Shown here piece after piece: positions 47,803-58,322 of a stretch of DNA of 64,000 bases; within the stretch, counting starts at the first letter, position 1; each line of letters starts with the position of its first letter. This stretch comes from Candidatus Helarchaeota archaeon (GTDB taxonomy: Archaea > Asgardarchaeota > Lokiarchaeia > Helarchaeales > RDOG01). The notes beneath the pieces are model-generated. The model did no database searches and had not been told where the DNA came from. It saw only the letters and a program-made list of their open reading frames with translations. The translations under genes were made by a program, and so were the position numbers. The stretch covers positions 1,229,910 to 1,293,909 of the forward strand of contig JAHPZH010000002.1 in NCBI GenBank assembly GCA_019058315.1. The letters run 5' to 3'.

Positions 47803-50193
47803 ATGGTAAAAGATCCTGTATGTGGAATGACTGTAGATAAAAATAAAGCGTTATCGGCAGTTATAGACGGTAAAACTTACTATTTCTGCAGCGAAACTTG
47901 CCTAAGAACATTTCAAGACCCAGAAGGTGAGCTGAAGCTTTTAAAGAAGAGAGTATCTGTAGCATTATCAGGTGCGGTATTTTTCGCTATATTCAGAGCT
48001 TCGCTAGCTTTAATACCGGCATTTCTTACCTTATACTTAACTTTCACTACGGAATGGTACTTTATTTTATTCTTAATTGCAACTCCAATAACTTTTATAG
48101 GTGGCTGGAGTTTTTTCAAAGGTGCCATTAAGTCTCTTAGGAATAAAGCAATAAATATGGATGTTTTAATAACTGTTGGAGTTCTAACAGCTTGGACTTA
48201 TAGTACAATTGTAACATTTCTACCATTCTTTGAACAAATTCTAAGAACCTTTCCTTGGCAATATGTATTGGAATGGGACTATTTGCTTATTCCTAAATCT
48301 ATGAGAAGTGCTTTTTTTGATACGGCTGCTATTATCGTTGCATTCATCTTGTTAGGAAAGTTCTTAGAAGAGGCAATTAAGAAAAGAAGCTCATCTGCAA
48401 TTAGAAAATTACTTGATTTAAAACCAAAAATGGCAACTGTTATACGAAATAATCAAGAAATGGTTATACCTGCAGAAAAAATAGAACTTGATGATATTGT
48501 TATTGTCAAACCTGGAGAAGCAGTACCAACTGATGGTGTAATTATCGAAGGCCATTCTGCAATAGACGAGAAATTAATTACCGGTGAAAGTATACCTGTT
48601 GAAAAAAATCCTAGTGACGAAGTTATTGGTGCGACGATTAACAAAACAGGCAGTTTTAAATTTAAGGCTACTAGAGTTGGAAAGGACACGACACTAATGA
48701 AGATAGTGCAAATGGTGGAAGATGCACAAGCCTCATCTGCACCAATTCAAAAAATAGCAGATAAAATTGCTTCATTTTTTGTTCCAGCAGTAATAGGGGC
48801 AGGGATTTTTGCATTCTTCTTCTGGTTAATTTTTTATCCTTATGCAATTTTCCCCGACTTAAGAAATCCTGTTCTTTCAATTTACACATTTATTGCAGTT
48901 ATGATCGTTGCTTGTCCTTGTACTTTGGGAATTGCTACTCCAGCTGCATTAATGGTGGGTGTTGGAAAGGCCGCTGAATATGGAATACTAATTCGCGGAG
49001 GAGAATTCTTACAAGAAGCTCAAAAATTAGATACTATAGTTTTTGATAAAACTGGTACAATAACTAAAGGTGAACCTATGGTTACGGATATTCTTAATTT
49101 CAATTCGTTAGGAGAAGATGAAATTTTGAAATTTGCTGCTACTGCTGAAAAAAATTCAGAACACCCTTTATCAGAAGCGATATTAAAAGCTGCTAAAAAT
49201 AGGGGCGTCGAAATTTTAGATTCTGATGACTTTGAAGCAATTCCAGGTCATGGTATAAAAGCTTCAATCGATTCTAAAGAAATTTTACTGGGAAACAGAA
49301 AGATTCTAAATAAATTCGAAATAGACTTTGAAAAATTTGAACCAGAAATTAAAAAGTTAGAAAATGAAGGAAAAACCATAGTTATTTTAGCAATTAATAA
49401 TCAGATTGAAGGAATCATAGCTATGTCCGATGTTATTAAGAAGAACGCAAAAGAAACCATTCATGCACTTAAAAAAATGGGAGTAGAAACAATTATGCTT
49501 ACTGGAGATAATAAGCTAACTGCTGAAGTTGTAGGTAAAAAGATTGGTATTGATAAAGTCATTGCTGACGTATTACCTGATGAAAAAGCAAATGTTATAA
49601 AAAGTCTTCAAGAAGAAGGAAAAGTTGTGGCAATGGTTGGTGATGGAATAAATGATGCCCCTTCATTAGCTCAAGCAAATATTGGCATTGCGATTGGTTC
49701 TGGTGCTGATGTAGCTAAAGAAACAGGTGGTATTATCCTAATGCAAAATGATATTCATGGTGTTTTAAATGGTATAAAAACCAGTAAAGCTACTATGAAA
49801 ATAATAAAACAAAATTTCTTTTGGGCATTTATATATAATTCGCTATTAATACCATTAGCTGTGTTAGGTATCATTCATCCAATTCTAGCGGCTGCTGCTA
49901 TGTCTCTAAGTTCGCTAACAGTTATTTCTAATTCTGCCAGATTAAAATTTTTTAAAATTAAAGGAGAAATTATGATAGAAGAAAAAAAAGGAGATGTTAT
50001 AAAGAAAATGGCAAAGCCTGTTCTAAAATGTAGTGAATGTGGAGAAGAAACTGATGTTCCCATGCATTGTGGAAAACCTATGCATCCCGAAGTTGTAGAT
50101 GGCACTAATTGCTTAGTATGTTGGATGGGACCGGGATGTGGAAAACAAAATTTTCCTGAACATCATGGTAAACCAATGAAATATAAAGCTTAA
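47803..50193 (+). CDS. copA: P1B-type Cu(I) ATPase with N-terminal YHS/TRASH domain and C-terminal Cys/His domain
   Basis: Motifs DPVCGM...YYFCS..C, TGES, CPC, DKTGT, SEHP, GDGINDAP, YN and MSLSS. Confidence 0.93.
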   Translation: MVKDPVCGMTVDKNKALSAVIDGKTYYFCSETCLRTFQDPEGELKLLKKRVSVALSGAVFFAIFRASLALIPAFLTLYLTFTTEWYFILFLIATPITFIGGWSFFKGAIKSLRNKAINMDVLITVGVLTAWTYSTIVTFLPFFEQILRTFPWQYVLEWDYLLIPKSMRSAFFDTAAIIVAFILLGKFLEEAIKKRSSSAIRKLLDLKPKMATVIRNNQEMVIPAEKIELDDIVIVKPGEAVPTDGVIIEGHSAIDEKLITGESIPVEKNPSDEVIGATINKTGSFKFKATRVGKDTTLMKIVQMVEDAQASSAPIQKIADKIASFFVPAVIGAGIFAFFFWLIFYPYAIFPDLRNPVLSIYTFIAVMIVACPCTLGIATPAALMVGVGKAAEYGILIRGGEFLQEAQKLDTIVFDKTGTITKGEPMVTDILNFNSLGEDEILKFAATAEKNSEHPLSEAILKAAKNRGVEILDSDDFEAIPGHGIKASIDSKEILLGNRKILNKFEIDFEKFEPEIKKLENEGKTIVILAINNQIEGIIAMSDVIKKNAKETIHALKKMGVETIMLTGDNKLTAEVVGKKIGIDKVIADVLPDEKANVIKSLQEEGKVVAMVGDGINDAPSLAQANIGIAIGSGADVAKETGGIILMQNDIHGVLNGIKTSKATMKIIKQNFFWAFIYNSLLIPLAVLGIIHPILAAAAMSLSSLTVISNSARLKFFKIKGEIMIEEKKGDVIKKMAKPVLKCSECGEETDVPMHCGKPMHPEVVDGTNCLVCWMGPGCGKQNFPEHHGKPMKYKA

Positions 50194-50230
50194 TAGAATT
50201 TCTTTTTTTTTATTTTTAAGGTGATAAAAA

Positions 50231-50593
50231 CTGAATATAACATTTTCAAAAAGTGCTGAAGAATTTTTAGAGAAAGAATATACTAAACATAATAAAAAAC
50301 TAAATTTAGTATTACATGCTAAACAAATTGATAAAAATTGTTATCAGAAGTTAGAACCTACAATTTCATTTGAAACTGATAAAAATTATTTAGAAGGAAT
50401 TGATAAAATCTCGGAATGGAACAATAAAATTGATATTTTTATAGATCCCGTTATAGAACCTTTATTAAAAGACAAAAATGACATTAGAATTGATTTAAAA
50501 GGTAAAATTTTTAAAAATTTAAAAATCCTGGATGGAAAAACACAGGTAAAACTCGGAAGTTGTGCTGTTACATTTAAAAGACCACAATTTTGA
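50231..50593 (+). CDS. Unannotated 120-aa protein with CTG start (weakly HesB/IscA-like)
   Basis: GGTGA at 50220-50224, in-frame TAA at 50225, CTG at 50231, then an open frame (M)NITFSKSAEEFL...GSCAVTFKRPQF. Confidence 0.7.
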   Translation: MNITFSKSAEEFLEKEYTKHNKKLNLVLHAKQIDKNCYQKLEPTISFETDKNYLEGIDKISEWNNKIDIFIDPVIEPLLKDKNDIRIDLKGKIFKNLKILDGKTQVKLGSCAVTFKRPQF

Positions 50594-50686
50594 TTTGTAA
50601 TATTTGTTTTTTATAAAAATAGTTTTTACTAATTTTAATTTTCTTATAAAAAAATAAGAGAAAAAGGATTTGAACTTTAAAATTTT

Positions 50687-50941
50687 TTAATTTCTATCGT
50701 AGTGTTTATAATTGTCTCTAACTAGAAGGTAAATCAATAGTCCAACTATATTAAAAATCAATATTATTATGATCCATGTTTCAGGATTAGATATGTTCCT
50801 ATTTAACGCGTCTTTATGTACAAAATAAGTCATTAATACACTAATTGTCACATAAATTCCAATTCCTATCCAAATAAAAATTGAACCATACCAAGGCCAT
50901 CCCATAAATCCATCAAAAAATCCACCAAAATGATGCATCAT
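50687..50941 (-). CDS. Small 2-TM protein with Met/His-rich N-terminus
   Basis: Starts MMHHFGG..MGW; contains KDA..R..W.....GLLIYL; GGAAGTGA ribosome-binding site. Confidence 0.75.
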   Translation of the reverse strand: MMHHFGGFFDGFMGWPWYGSIFIWIGIGIYVTISVLMTYFVHKDALNRNISNPETWIIIILIFNIVGLLIYLLVRDNYKHYDRN

Positions 50942-51189
50942 CTATAATCACTTCCTTTATTAAATAGATTCATTAAATCACTAAATGTTACTAATGAAAT
51001 CATTAAAAAAAACATTATTTCTTTATTTCTTAGAATAATGGTTCATTTTTTCGTCGTTTTTTAAAAAAAATTGCTCACTTTTTTAATTTATTAAAAATTT
51101 TTACATTTCTTTCTAATTAAACTAAAAACCAGGTTTTTAATCAATAAATCGATAATTTATATAGAAGATAAAGTATAAAAGATGAAAAT

Positions 51190-51402
51190 ATGTATTATAA
51201 TTTTGAAAATTTTAATAATTTTGATTTAACTGGTATAGGTACACTTGATCCTATTTCAATATGGATTGGTTTAGCTTTTTTTATAATTATTTGTTTAATC
51301 AGTCTTGTGATTTATTTAACAGATCATAATAAAAATAATTCAAATGAAGAAAAGAAGAACTCCGATGTCCTTGATGACTGGTATGATTGGAATTGGATCT
51401 AA
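51190..51402 (+). CDS. Small single-TM protein
   Basis: One TM segment and an acidic/Trp tail. Confidence 0.5.
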   Translation: MYYNFENFNNFDLTGIGTLDPISIWIGLAFFIIICLISLVIYLTDHNKNNSNEEKKNSDVLDDWYDWNWI

Positions 51403-51620
51403 TTTTATTTTAATTTTTTTGACAAAATTAGTGAAATATTTATTTAATTAAGTTATGTATTGATATATTTTTTAAATGAAATCAGAAATATCATAATTAA
51501 TTGTATTTATTGTTAATGGACTATGTTATAATAACTTTAAATTCGAGAAGGAGTGAACTAATTAGATTTTTAGTCATTTTGACTTCTAATTATTTATAAT
51601 ACTTTTTTAAATGAATAATA

Positions 51621-52238
51621 TTACATCTTATTCTTTTCAATTCGGTCCATAAACACTTTTGCACAAGTATTACAACAAAAATAATACTCTTCATTATCCA
51701 CAATTTTTTTTATTGGTGTTCCTTTTATTTCAGCGTGACAATAATCACAAGTTATTTTAAAACCAAATCCTGGTCTTAAAATATTTGGATTAGCTTTATT
51801 TTTTACGGTCCTAAGAATAGATAGTGCTTGAAATTTTTCTATATCTTTAAATTTGGATAACTCAGCTGTAATAAAATGATTCAGTTCTTGATTATCTTCA
51901 ACAAATAATTTTAAAATTATATTATTTTTATCTAAACTTGTATATATACCCTGAATTATTTCAATCCCTTCCAATTCTTCCACAATTTCATTTATTTTTT
52001 GAAATTTTGCTTCTATTAAAATAAATACAAAATAACCTTTCTGAAATTTATCAGGATCTAATATTACTGAAAAATTCTTAATCAAACCTCTTTTTTTTAA
52101 TTTATCTACTCTATATTTAACTGTGGGGGGACTTATATCTAATTCATTTGCTATTGTATTAAATGAAATTCTTCCATCCTCTTCTAATCTTTTCAAAATA
52201 TTTACGTCAGTCTCATCTAATTCTTCCATTTTGATCAT
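51621..52238 (-). CDS. Lrp/AsnC regulator with C-terminal TRASH domain (CopR/CopT-like)
   Basis: HTH LDETD..IL..L..DGR; C-terminal CDYC...YYFCCNTC. Confidence 0.9.
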   Translation of the reverse strand: MIKMEELDETDVNILKRLEEDGRISFNTIANELDISPPTVKYRVDKLKKRGLIKNFSVILDPDKFQKGYFVFILIEAKFQKINEIVEELEGIEIIQGIYTSLDKNNIILKLFVEDNQELNHFITAELSKFKDIEKFQALSILRTVKNKANPNILRPGFGFKITCDYCHAEIKGTPIKKIVDNEEYYFCCNTCAKVFMDRIEKNKM

Positions 52239-52361
52239 CGGATTAATTTATGTTATAAAATATTTCCAGATTTATTCCATCATCTTTAATTTATATAATA
52301 AATTTTTTAGTTCTTAAAAATAAAGTTAAAAATTTTACAAAAAATTATTCTTAAAAACTTC

Positions 52362-52811
52362 TTATTTTTTTAAAATATCTTTAAATAATTCTTTTAATGC
52401 AGTTTTAATCCCATCACGAACTTTTCTAAATATTTTTATTATTTCCTCTTCAGAACCTTTAGCCCTTGCAGGATCTGTAAAACTCCAATCTAATTTCTGT
52501 TTTGAATTCCCAATGAATAAAGGACAGATTCCTCCGGGGTCCCCTGTACATAAAGTAATCACATAGTCAAAATCTTGTCCATTGAATTTTGTAACTAATT
52601 TACTTTTTTGATTCGAAATATCAATTCCAATTTCTTTCATAACTTTAATAGCAAGAGGGTGAACTTCTGCTGTTGTAGCACCTGCACTAAATGCTTTAAT
52701 TTTATCATTCCATAAATTATTTACAAGTCCCTCACTCATTTGGCTTCGACATGAATTACTTCCACATAAAAATAAAACTCTATATTTATTGACTTTTGTT
52801 GATTTGACCAC
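52362..52811 (-). CDS. arsC: Arsenate reductase, LMW-PTP type
   Basis: Motifs CGSNSCRSQM, TLC......CP and DP. Confidence 0.88.
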   Translation of the reverse strand: MVKSTKVNKYRVLFLCGSNSCRSQMSEGLVNNLWNDKIKAFSAGATTAEVHPLAIKVMKEIGIDISNQKSKLVTKFNGQDFDYVITLCTGDPGGICPLFIGNSKQKLDWSFTDPARAKGSEEEIIKIFRKVRDGIKTALKELFKDILKK

Positions 52812-52989
52812 ATTAAAAACTCCTTAAGTTTTAAAAATATATTAGACTATGAATATTTAAATCTGGTTAGAGGAAAATTAAAAATTATTCATTTAATGGG
52901 CTAAAAAATTGAAAATATTTCAATAAGATATTATTTTAACCAAAAATTTTTATAAAAAATATAAAAAAAGAGTAAAATAAACTGTTATC

Positions 52990-53973
52990 CTATTTAAAAC
53001 CTTCTACCTTAATACTTGTTACTATACCCGCATAATCTTGTATGGTTTCTTTCGTTATGCCTAGTTTTTTAATAACTTCATCTACAATTGGATCATTTAT
53101 TATGAAGTCAATTGGAAAGGTAGTTTCACCTTTAATATTAACATTCTTAAAACCTGCATTTTTTATAGCATCAAGATACTCATTTTTTAATACTGCACCA
53201 GCAACACAACCAACATAAGCTTCTACGGAGTTTCTGATGAAATCAGGGAGCTCTTTCATTAAAACAATATCTGAAATCATTATTCTCCCTCCAGTTTTTA
53301 AAACTCTATAAGCTTCTTTAAATACTCTTTCTTTATTTGGAGAGAGATTTATTACACAATTCGAAATAATAACATCAACCGAGTTATCAGCTAGTGGTAA
53401 ATTTTCAATTTCTCCAAGTCTAAATTCTACATTTTCATAATTGCCTTTTTTAGCATTCTCTCTGGCATTATCAAGCATTTCTGGTGTCATATCTACACCG
53501 ATAACTTTTCCAGACTTTCCAACTTTATTGGCCGCAAGAAAACTATCGAATCCGGCACCTGATCCTAAGTCAAGAACGAATTCTCCTTCTTTTAAAGACG
53601 CCAAAGCAGTAGGATTTCCACAACCTAATCCGAGATTTGCACCTTCAGGGACAGATTTTAATTCTTCATTAGAATATCCTATTTTTTTACTGATTGTTTC
53701 TGTTAATTGGTCTGTTCCACAACAAGATGTAATTTTAGATTTTCTTTCACCTGTAGCGGTTTTAGCATAACTTTCCCTAACCATAGATCTTATTTCGCTA
53801 TCTTTTAATTTATGAATGTTCTCATGTTTAATCTTATCAACTTCTACATCGTGTGTGTGTCCACAAGTATTTGTAGGTCCACAGCAAGACCCCATATCTT
53901 TAAATTCTTTAAAGAATTTTTCATATAATTCTTTGTCTTTTTTCTTTTCTTCATCTTCATTCATATTTTTCAC
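52990..53973 (-). CDS. arsM: Arsenite S-adenosylmethionine methyltransferase
   Basis: Motifs [30 protein letters not shown] and GCVAGA. Confidence 0.93.
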   Translation of the reverse strand: MKNMNEDEEKKKDKELYEKFFKEFKDMGSCCGPTNTCGHTHDVEVDKIKHENIHKLKDSEIRSMVRESYAKTATGERKSKITSCCGTDQLTETISKKIGYSNEELKSVPEGANLGLGCGNPTALASLKEGEFVLDLGSGAGFDSFLAANKVGKSGKVIGVDMTPEMLDNARENAKKGNYENVEFRLGEIENLPLADNSVDVIISNCVINLSPNKERVFKEAYRVLKTGGRIMISDIVLMKELPDFIRNSVEAYVGCVAGAVLKNEYLDAIKNAGFKNVNIKGETTFPIDFIINDPIVDEVIKKLGITKETIQDYAGIVTSIKVEGFK

Positions 53974-53981
53974 CTCAGATA

Positions 53982-54272
53982 CTATTCAAATAAACCTTTC
54001 ATAATTGGTCCTAGCAAATTTTTTGCTCCCTCTAAAAAATATTCTGCTTTGATTAATGTCAAACAACAAACTTCTCCTTCAGATTCCCCGCTAATTAAAA
54101 CAAATTTTTCTCCTGGTTTTAAATTAGCTTTCTCCCTTACATCCTTCGGAAGAAGAATCTGCCCTCTCTTATCAACTTCCACAATTGCGTCAACTTTAAC
54201 ACACTTAGAACCGTTAAGCATCTTGCTAGTTTCACAACAAGCATTATTTATTTCATTTTTTTCCTTAGACAA
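53982..54272 (-). CDS. AbrB/MazE-type DNA-binding protein with Cys pairs (HgcC-like)
   Basis: [17 protein letters not shown], with CC motifs near the N-terminus and in VCCL. Confidence 0.85.
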   Translation of the reverse strand: MSKEKNEINNACCETSKMLNGSKCVKVDAIVEVDKRGQILLPKDVREKANLKPGEKFVLISGESEGEVCCLTLIKAEYFLEGAKNLLGPIMKGLFE

Positions 54273-54315
54273 TGTTTCACCTTCAGAGAGGATAAAGAAA
54301 TTTTTTATATAAAAC

Positions 54316-54363
54316 TTTCGGAAAAATCAGATATTTCTGAAAAATCCACATTTCCGCAAAATT
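54316..54363. promoter_or_regulatory. Three spaced TTTCnGAAAAATC-like repeats, putative operator of the ars operon
   Basis: tttcggaaaaatc (54316), tttctgaaaaatc (54334) and tttccgcaaaatt (54351), next to a TATA-like ttttatataaa. Confidence 0.55.
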
Positions 54364-54440
54364 ACGAAATTTATAAAAACGACATGCTAATTAAATTGAA
54401 AATTATTACATATTTACATCTGAGAAGTTGAGGATAAATT

Positions 54441-55538
54441 ATGAATTTAATAATTATAGAGGACCCATTAAGAGAATTAATAATTGGCATAAACTATTTC
54501 ATACAAATATTAATATTTCAAATGGGTTTATTATTTATTAAACAATGGAAAAGCGGATTTAGAAAACAATCCCATAATAGAGTTGTTCTAAGTTATGGTT
54601 TTTATTATATCTTTTTAGCTATAAGTATTTTCTTCAATACTTTTTTCTACTATCAAGGACTCTCTAATCTTGCTTATGATAGGGTTCTTATCCTTTCTGC
54701 TTTCATAAGAGGAATAGGTGGAACATTATTTTCAATTAATATAGAAAATTTTATTCAAAAAGTTTTAAAAACGAGGTATTTATTTTCAATTTTCTTTATT
54801 ATTATATTGTTTGTAGTTCCATTATTTCAAAATAACCCACTTCTCTATCAAACCTTAAATTTCTTTAATTTATTCTATTTTTCGCTTCCATTTATTTTTA
54901 CATTATTTTTTATAAGAAATACCTTTGATGAAGTTAGGAAAAAATTAAAAATTTCCTTGTTTGGGATCGTTTTATTATTTTTAGGCATCTCTTTTTCTAC
55001 AGAAACACGCTTAGAATGGATCACAAGTATAATTCCTAATATTTCTCTCGTTAAAATTATTTTTCAACTAGTATCTGTTTTCGGAATTTTCCTTTTCTCT
55101 TATGGTGTTGCTGGATATTCATTTTCTTTAGAATTACAGTGGCAAAATAATTTGATATCTTTGTATATTATCGATATAAAAAGTAATTTCTGCCTTTATA
55201 ATAAAAATTATCTTGAGAGTGAGATTAAAAGTGAGCAAATATTTGCTGGGGGAATTGCTGGAGTTATAAAAATTATTAAAAAATTCACGAGTTCGCATAA
55301 AAACCTTGATGTTATTCATATAGAAAATAAATTTATTTTAATAGAATTCGGAAAGAATATTATTACAGCAATGATAATTAAAAAGAATTTATTAAATGCA
55401 AGATATATTTTGAAAGAAATTACAAGAATGTTTGAGTTCTATTTCTGGGATTATTTAGAAAATAGAGATTTAATAGCTGATAAATCAGAAATTTTTAAAC
55501 CAATGGAAATTATAATGAGAAATCTAATAAAATTATAA
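54441..55538 (+). CDS. 7-TM + longin-like protein, type A (pair 1)
   Basis: Seven TM segments; IRGIGG; C-terminal LYII...FAGGIAG...LIEFGK...FEFYF. Confidence 0.75.
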   Translation: MNLIIIEDPLRELIIGINYFIQILIFQMGLLFIKQWKSGFRKQSHNRVVLSYGFYYIFLAISIFFNTFFYYQGLSNLAYDRVLILSAFIRGIGGTLFSINIENFIQKVLKTRYLFSIFFIIILFVVPLFQNNPLLYQTLNFFNLFYFSLPFIFTLFFIRNTFDEVRKKLKISLFGIVLLFLGISFSTETRLEWITSIIPNISLVKIIFQLVSVFGIFLFSYGVAGYSFSLELQWQNNLISLYIIDIKSNFCLYNKNYLESEIKSEQIFAGGIAGVIKIIKKFTSSHKNLDVIHIENKFILIEFGKNIITAMIIKKNLLNARYILKEITRMFEFYFWDYLENRDLIADKSEIFKPMEIIMRNLIKL

Positions 55539-55551
55539 TTAGGATTCAAAA

Positions 55552-56622
55552 ATGACGTCTTATCCAATATTCGGACATTATAGAGGAATATTATTACCTC
55601 TTGAAATAATTATGACTGGTATAATTCTGGAAATCTCGGCATTTTTTTTCCTCAGATATTTAAAAAATAGAAAAGAATCGAGACCATCTGTGGTTGAACT
55701 AAGTTGGGGAATTCTCTTTTTAAGTTTTGGAATAGCATATGTAATTTATATAATTGGTGATTTCTTTTTTGTAAGTCGTGAATTTTTTCTTCTTCTTGCA
55801 TATACTTCTTTAACTATTGGTGGATTCCTCTATGCATATCAAGTTGAATCTTCTAAGATCATAAAAACAAAGTTTTTCTTCACTGGATTTACACTTCTTG
55901 TATTATTTCTATTTTTTTTAACAGTATTTATTGCTCCAACCTGGATTCAAACAGTCGCAAGCATAGCAGTTTTCCCTGCATATTCAATATTATTGATATA
56001 TTTTATAAAAATATTTCAAAAAATATGGGTTAGATATAAATTACACATAATAGGTCTATTTGCTGGTTTCTTTCTTTGGTTCTTAGGGTACACAGCAGTC
56101 TCAGATACGTCGATTGCACTTTTTAATACTTTAGATATCCGAATTTTTGGGGATTTTATAATTATAATTGGAATGATAATACTTGGTTTATCCTTAAATG
56201 CGATTCCTTCTTTGAATGAAATCGGATGGTCAGACCAGATCAAATATATTCTTCTAATCCATCAATCTGGAATCTGTTTATATAATGAAAATTTTAAGGA
56301 AAAGAGAGAAATAAATCAAAATGTTTTGGGAGGTGCTTTAGCAGCAGTAAAATTAATAATGGAAGAAAATTTGAAAAGAAAAGAAAAATTAAAAATGATT
56401 TCTAAGGCTGGGGATGTTTTTTTAATTGAAGAGGGTGAATATACTATTGGAACTTTAGTAGTTTCCCAAGAATTAGAAATTTTAAAATATTTTCTAAAAA
56501 AGGTTATTCAGCAATTTGAAGATTTTTTTAATGAATTTTTAAAGAAATGGGATGGGAATATAAAGGTATTTAAACCAGCGAAAGGGATCATTAATAAAAT
56601 ATTTTCAATTGAAAAGACATAA
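55552..56622 (+). CDS. 7-TM + longin-like protein, type B (pair 1)
   Basis: N-terminal YPIFGHYR; TM7 RIFGD; PSLNE; HQSGICLY...GGAL...WDGN. Confidence 0.75.
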   Translation: MTSYPIFGHYRGILLPLEIIMTGIILEISAFFFLRYLKNRKESRPSVVELSWGILFLSFGIAYVIYIIGDFFFVSREFFLLLAYTSLTIGGFLYAYQVESSKIIKTKFFFTGFTLLVLFLFFLTVFIAPTWIQTVASIAVFPAYSILLIYFIKIFQKIWVRYKLHIIGLFAGFFLWFLGYTAVSDTSIALFNTLDIRIFGDFIIIIGMIILGLSLNAIPSLNEIGWSDQIKYILLIHQSGICLYNENFKEKREINQNVLGGALAAVKLIMEENLKRKEKLKMISKAGDVFLIEEGEYTIGTLVVSQELEILKYFLKKVIQQFEDFFNEFLKKWDGNIKVFKPAKGIINKIFSIEKT

Positions 56623-56645
56623 ATTATTAAATATTTCGAAATTAT

Positions 56646-57086
56646 TTATTTGGATATTCTTTTCATTCTCCCTTTATTGAGAATTGCATAAACTCCTTCA
56701 CCTATAGCACAAACAACCCCCTCCCTGTTAATAACTTCTGAAAAGAGTCTAACTTCCTTTTTATTCTTATTTTTCACTTGGGACTTAATAGTGATCCTCT
56801 CGTTAATAAAAATCGGTCGTTTAAACTTAACATTCAACTCTTTTGTTACACCAACTAAATTTGCTATATGTAGAACGGTCCAACTCATTGCTTCATCCAT
56901 GACCGAGCTAATTATTCCTCCATGGACTAATTGTTCCCATCCACAAAGTTCCTTTTTAGGAGTGAATTCTGTAACTATAAAGGAATTGTCCTCTATAAAG
57001 AACTTTAGTTTTAAACCGATAGGGTTATTTTGACCACACACGAAACAATAACTTTCACCATTTCCAGATGGGATTTCTTTTCGCAT
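56646..57086 (-). CDS. PaaI-family hotdog thioesterase
   Basis: Motifs CFVCG..NPIGL and HGGIISSVMDE. Confidence 0.9.
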   Translation of the reverse strand: MRKEIPSGNGESYCFVCGQNNPIGLKLKFFIEDNSFIVTEFTPKKELCGWEQLVHGGIISSVMDEAMSWTVLHIANLVGVTKELNVKFKRPIFINERITIKSQVKNKNKKEVRLFSEVINREGVVCAIGEGVYAILNKGRMKRISK

Positions 57087-57205
57087 TTTATTAAGCTCAC
57101 ATTAACATTTTTTTATAATCTATATAATTTCGAAATAATAAGCTTTTAATTCTATAAATAATTAATATTCTGAAAATATCCAACTTTATAGAATTGGGAA
57201 GTCAA

Positions 57206-58309
57206 ATGGAATTATCTTATCGAGATCCTTTCAATGAAATCTCTATTGGTTTGAATTACGTAATTGCCGTATTCCTTCTGGAATTGGGAGTAATATTTAT
57301 TAAGCAATGGATTTTTGAGAGAAAGAAACAAGTAAAAAACGAATTTGGACTAGGTTATGGAATATATTTTTTAACTTTTTCAATAAGCAGTTTTCTATAT
57401 TTTTACATTATCGATCATGATATGTCTAAACAAGTTTTCGATTCATCTTTCATCTTAAGCATATTAATAAGAGGGATTGGTGGATTATTTTTTGCAATTA
57501 ATTTAGAATATCATGTTCAAAAGGTGTTAAAAACAAGATATCTTTTCTCGATTTCATCGATTATTTTGTTACCTATCATTACTTTTTCTTTAGATACCAC
57601 TTTCTTTTATCGGGTTCTAGATATATTTGATATTTTTCATTTGATTCTTCCTATTTATTTTACTAGTTATTTTATAAGAAATGCATTCGGTGAGATAAGA
57701 CAAAAGTTGAAATTTTCAGTATCGGGGTTCCTTTTATTTTTCATAACTTTGACCTTTTCTTCAAAATTACGTATAGAAATAATCGAAATTATATTTTCCT
57801 TTGCAAATATTATAATTTTTCTTTCTAAATTAATAGCAATATTGGCGATTTTTTTTGTTCTTTATGGTTTTACAGGATATTCATTTTATTTGGAAACACA
57901 ATGGAAAAATAATTTGATCTCCATACATATAATTAAAAGGAAAGAAAGAGTTAGCTTATATAATAGGAATTTTTTAAGTAGTGAGATACAGAGTGAAGCA
58001 TTATTTGCAGGTGGAATCACAGGAATGGTAAAAATAGTTAGTGATTTTACAGATTCCAATAAAACTCTCCAAGAAATTAATGTAGAGGATAAATTGATTT
58101 TATTAGAATTTGGGAAATACATTATTACAGGAATGATTATTAAAAAAAGGGTGTTAAATGCTAGATATATTTTAAAAGAAATAACTTCAAAATTTGAGTT
58201 TTATTTCCGTGAATATTTAGAAAATTACGAATTATTTTCTAGTTCATATACCCAAGCAGAACTATTTCGACCAATGGAAATGGTCATTAGAAATTTAATA
58301 AAAATGTAA
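57206..58309 (+). CDS. 7-TM + longin-like protein, type A (pair 2)
   Basis: Paralog of 54441..55538 (IRGIGG, QKVLKTRYLFSI, NARYILKEIT). ATG 57206 preferred as start. Confidence 0.75.
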   Translation: MELSYRDPFNEISIGLNYVIAVFLLELGVIFIKQWIFERKKQVKNEFGLGYGIYFLTFSISSFLYFYIIDHDMSKQVFDSSFILSILIRGIGGLFFAINLEYHVQKVLKTRYLFSISSIILLPIITFSLDTTFFYRVLDIFDIFHLILPIYFTSYFIRNAFGEIRQKLKFSVSGFLLFFITLTFSSKLRIEIIEIIFSFANIIIFLSKLIAILAIFFVLYGFTGYSFYLETQWKNNLISIHIIKRKERVSLYNRNFLSSEIQSEALFAGGITGMVKIVSDFTDSNKTLQEINVEDKLILLEFGKYIITGMIIKKRVLNARYILKEITSKFEFYFREYLENYELFSSSYTQAELFRPMEMVIRNLIKM

Positions 58310-58322
58310 TTTAGATGGTAAA

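Noticed and set aside
47704-51054. Shared TTCATTTTTTCGT at 47704 and 51042 as a copper-regulator box
   Set aside because: A low-complexity 13-mer in T-rich DNA that is not palindromic; the evidence is too weak.
56646-57086. PaaI thioesterase as a component of the 7-TM/longin system
   Set aside because: It is on the opposite strand, belongs to a common family, and only its position links it to the array.
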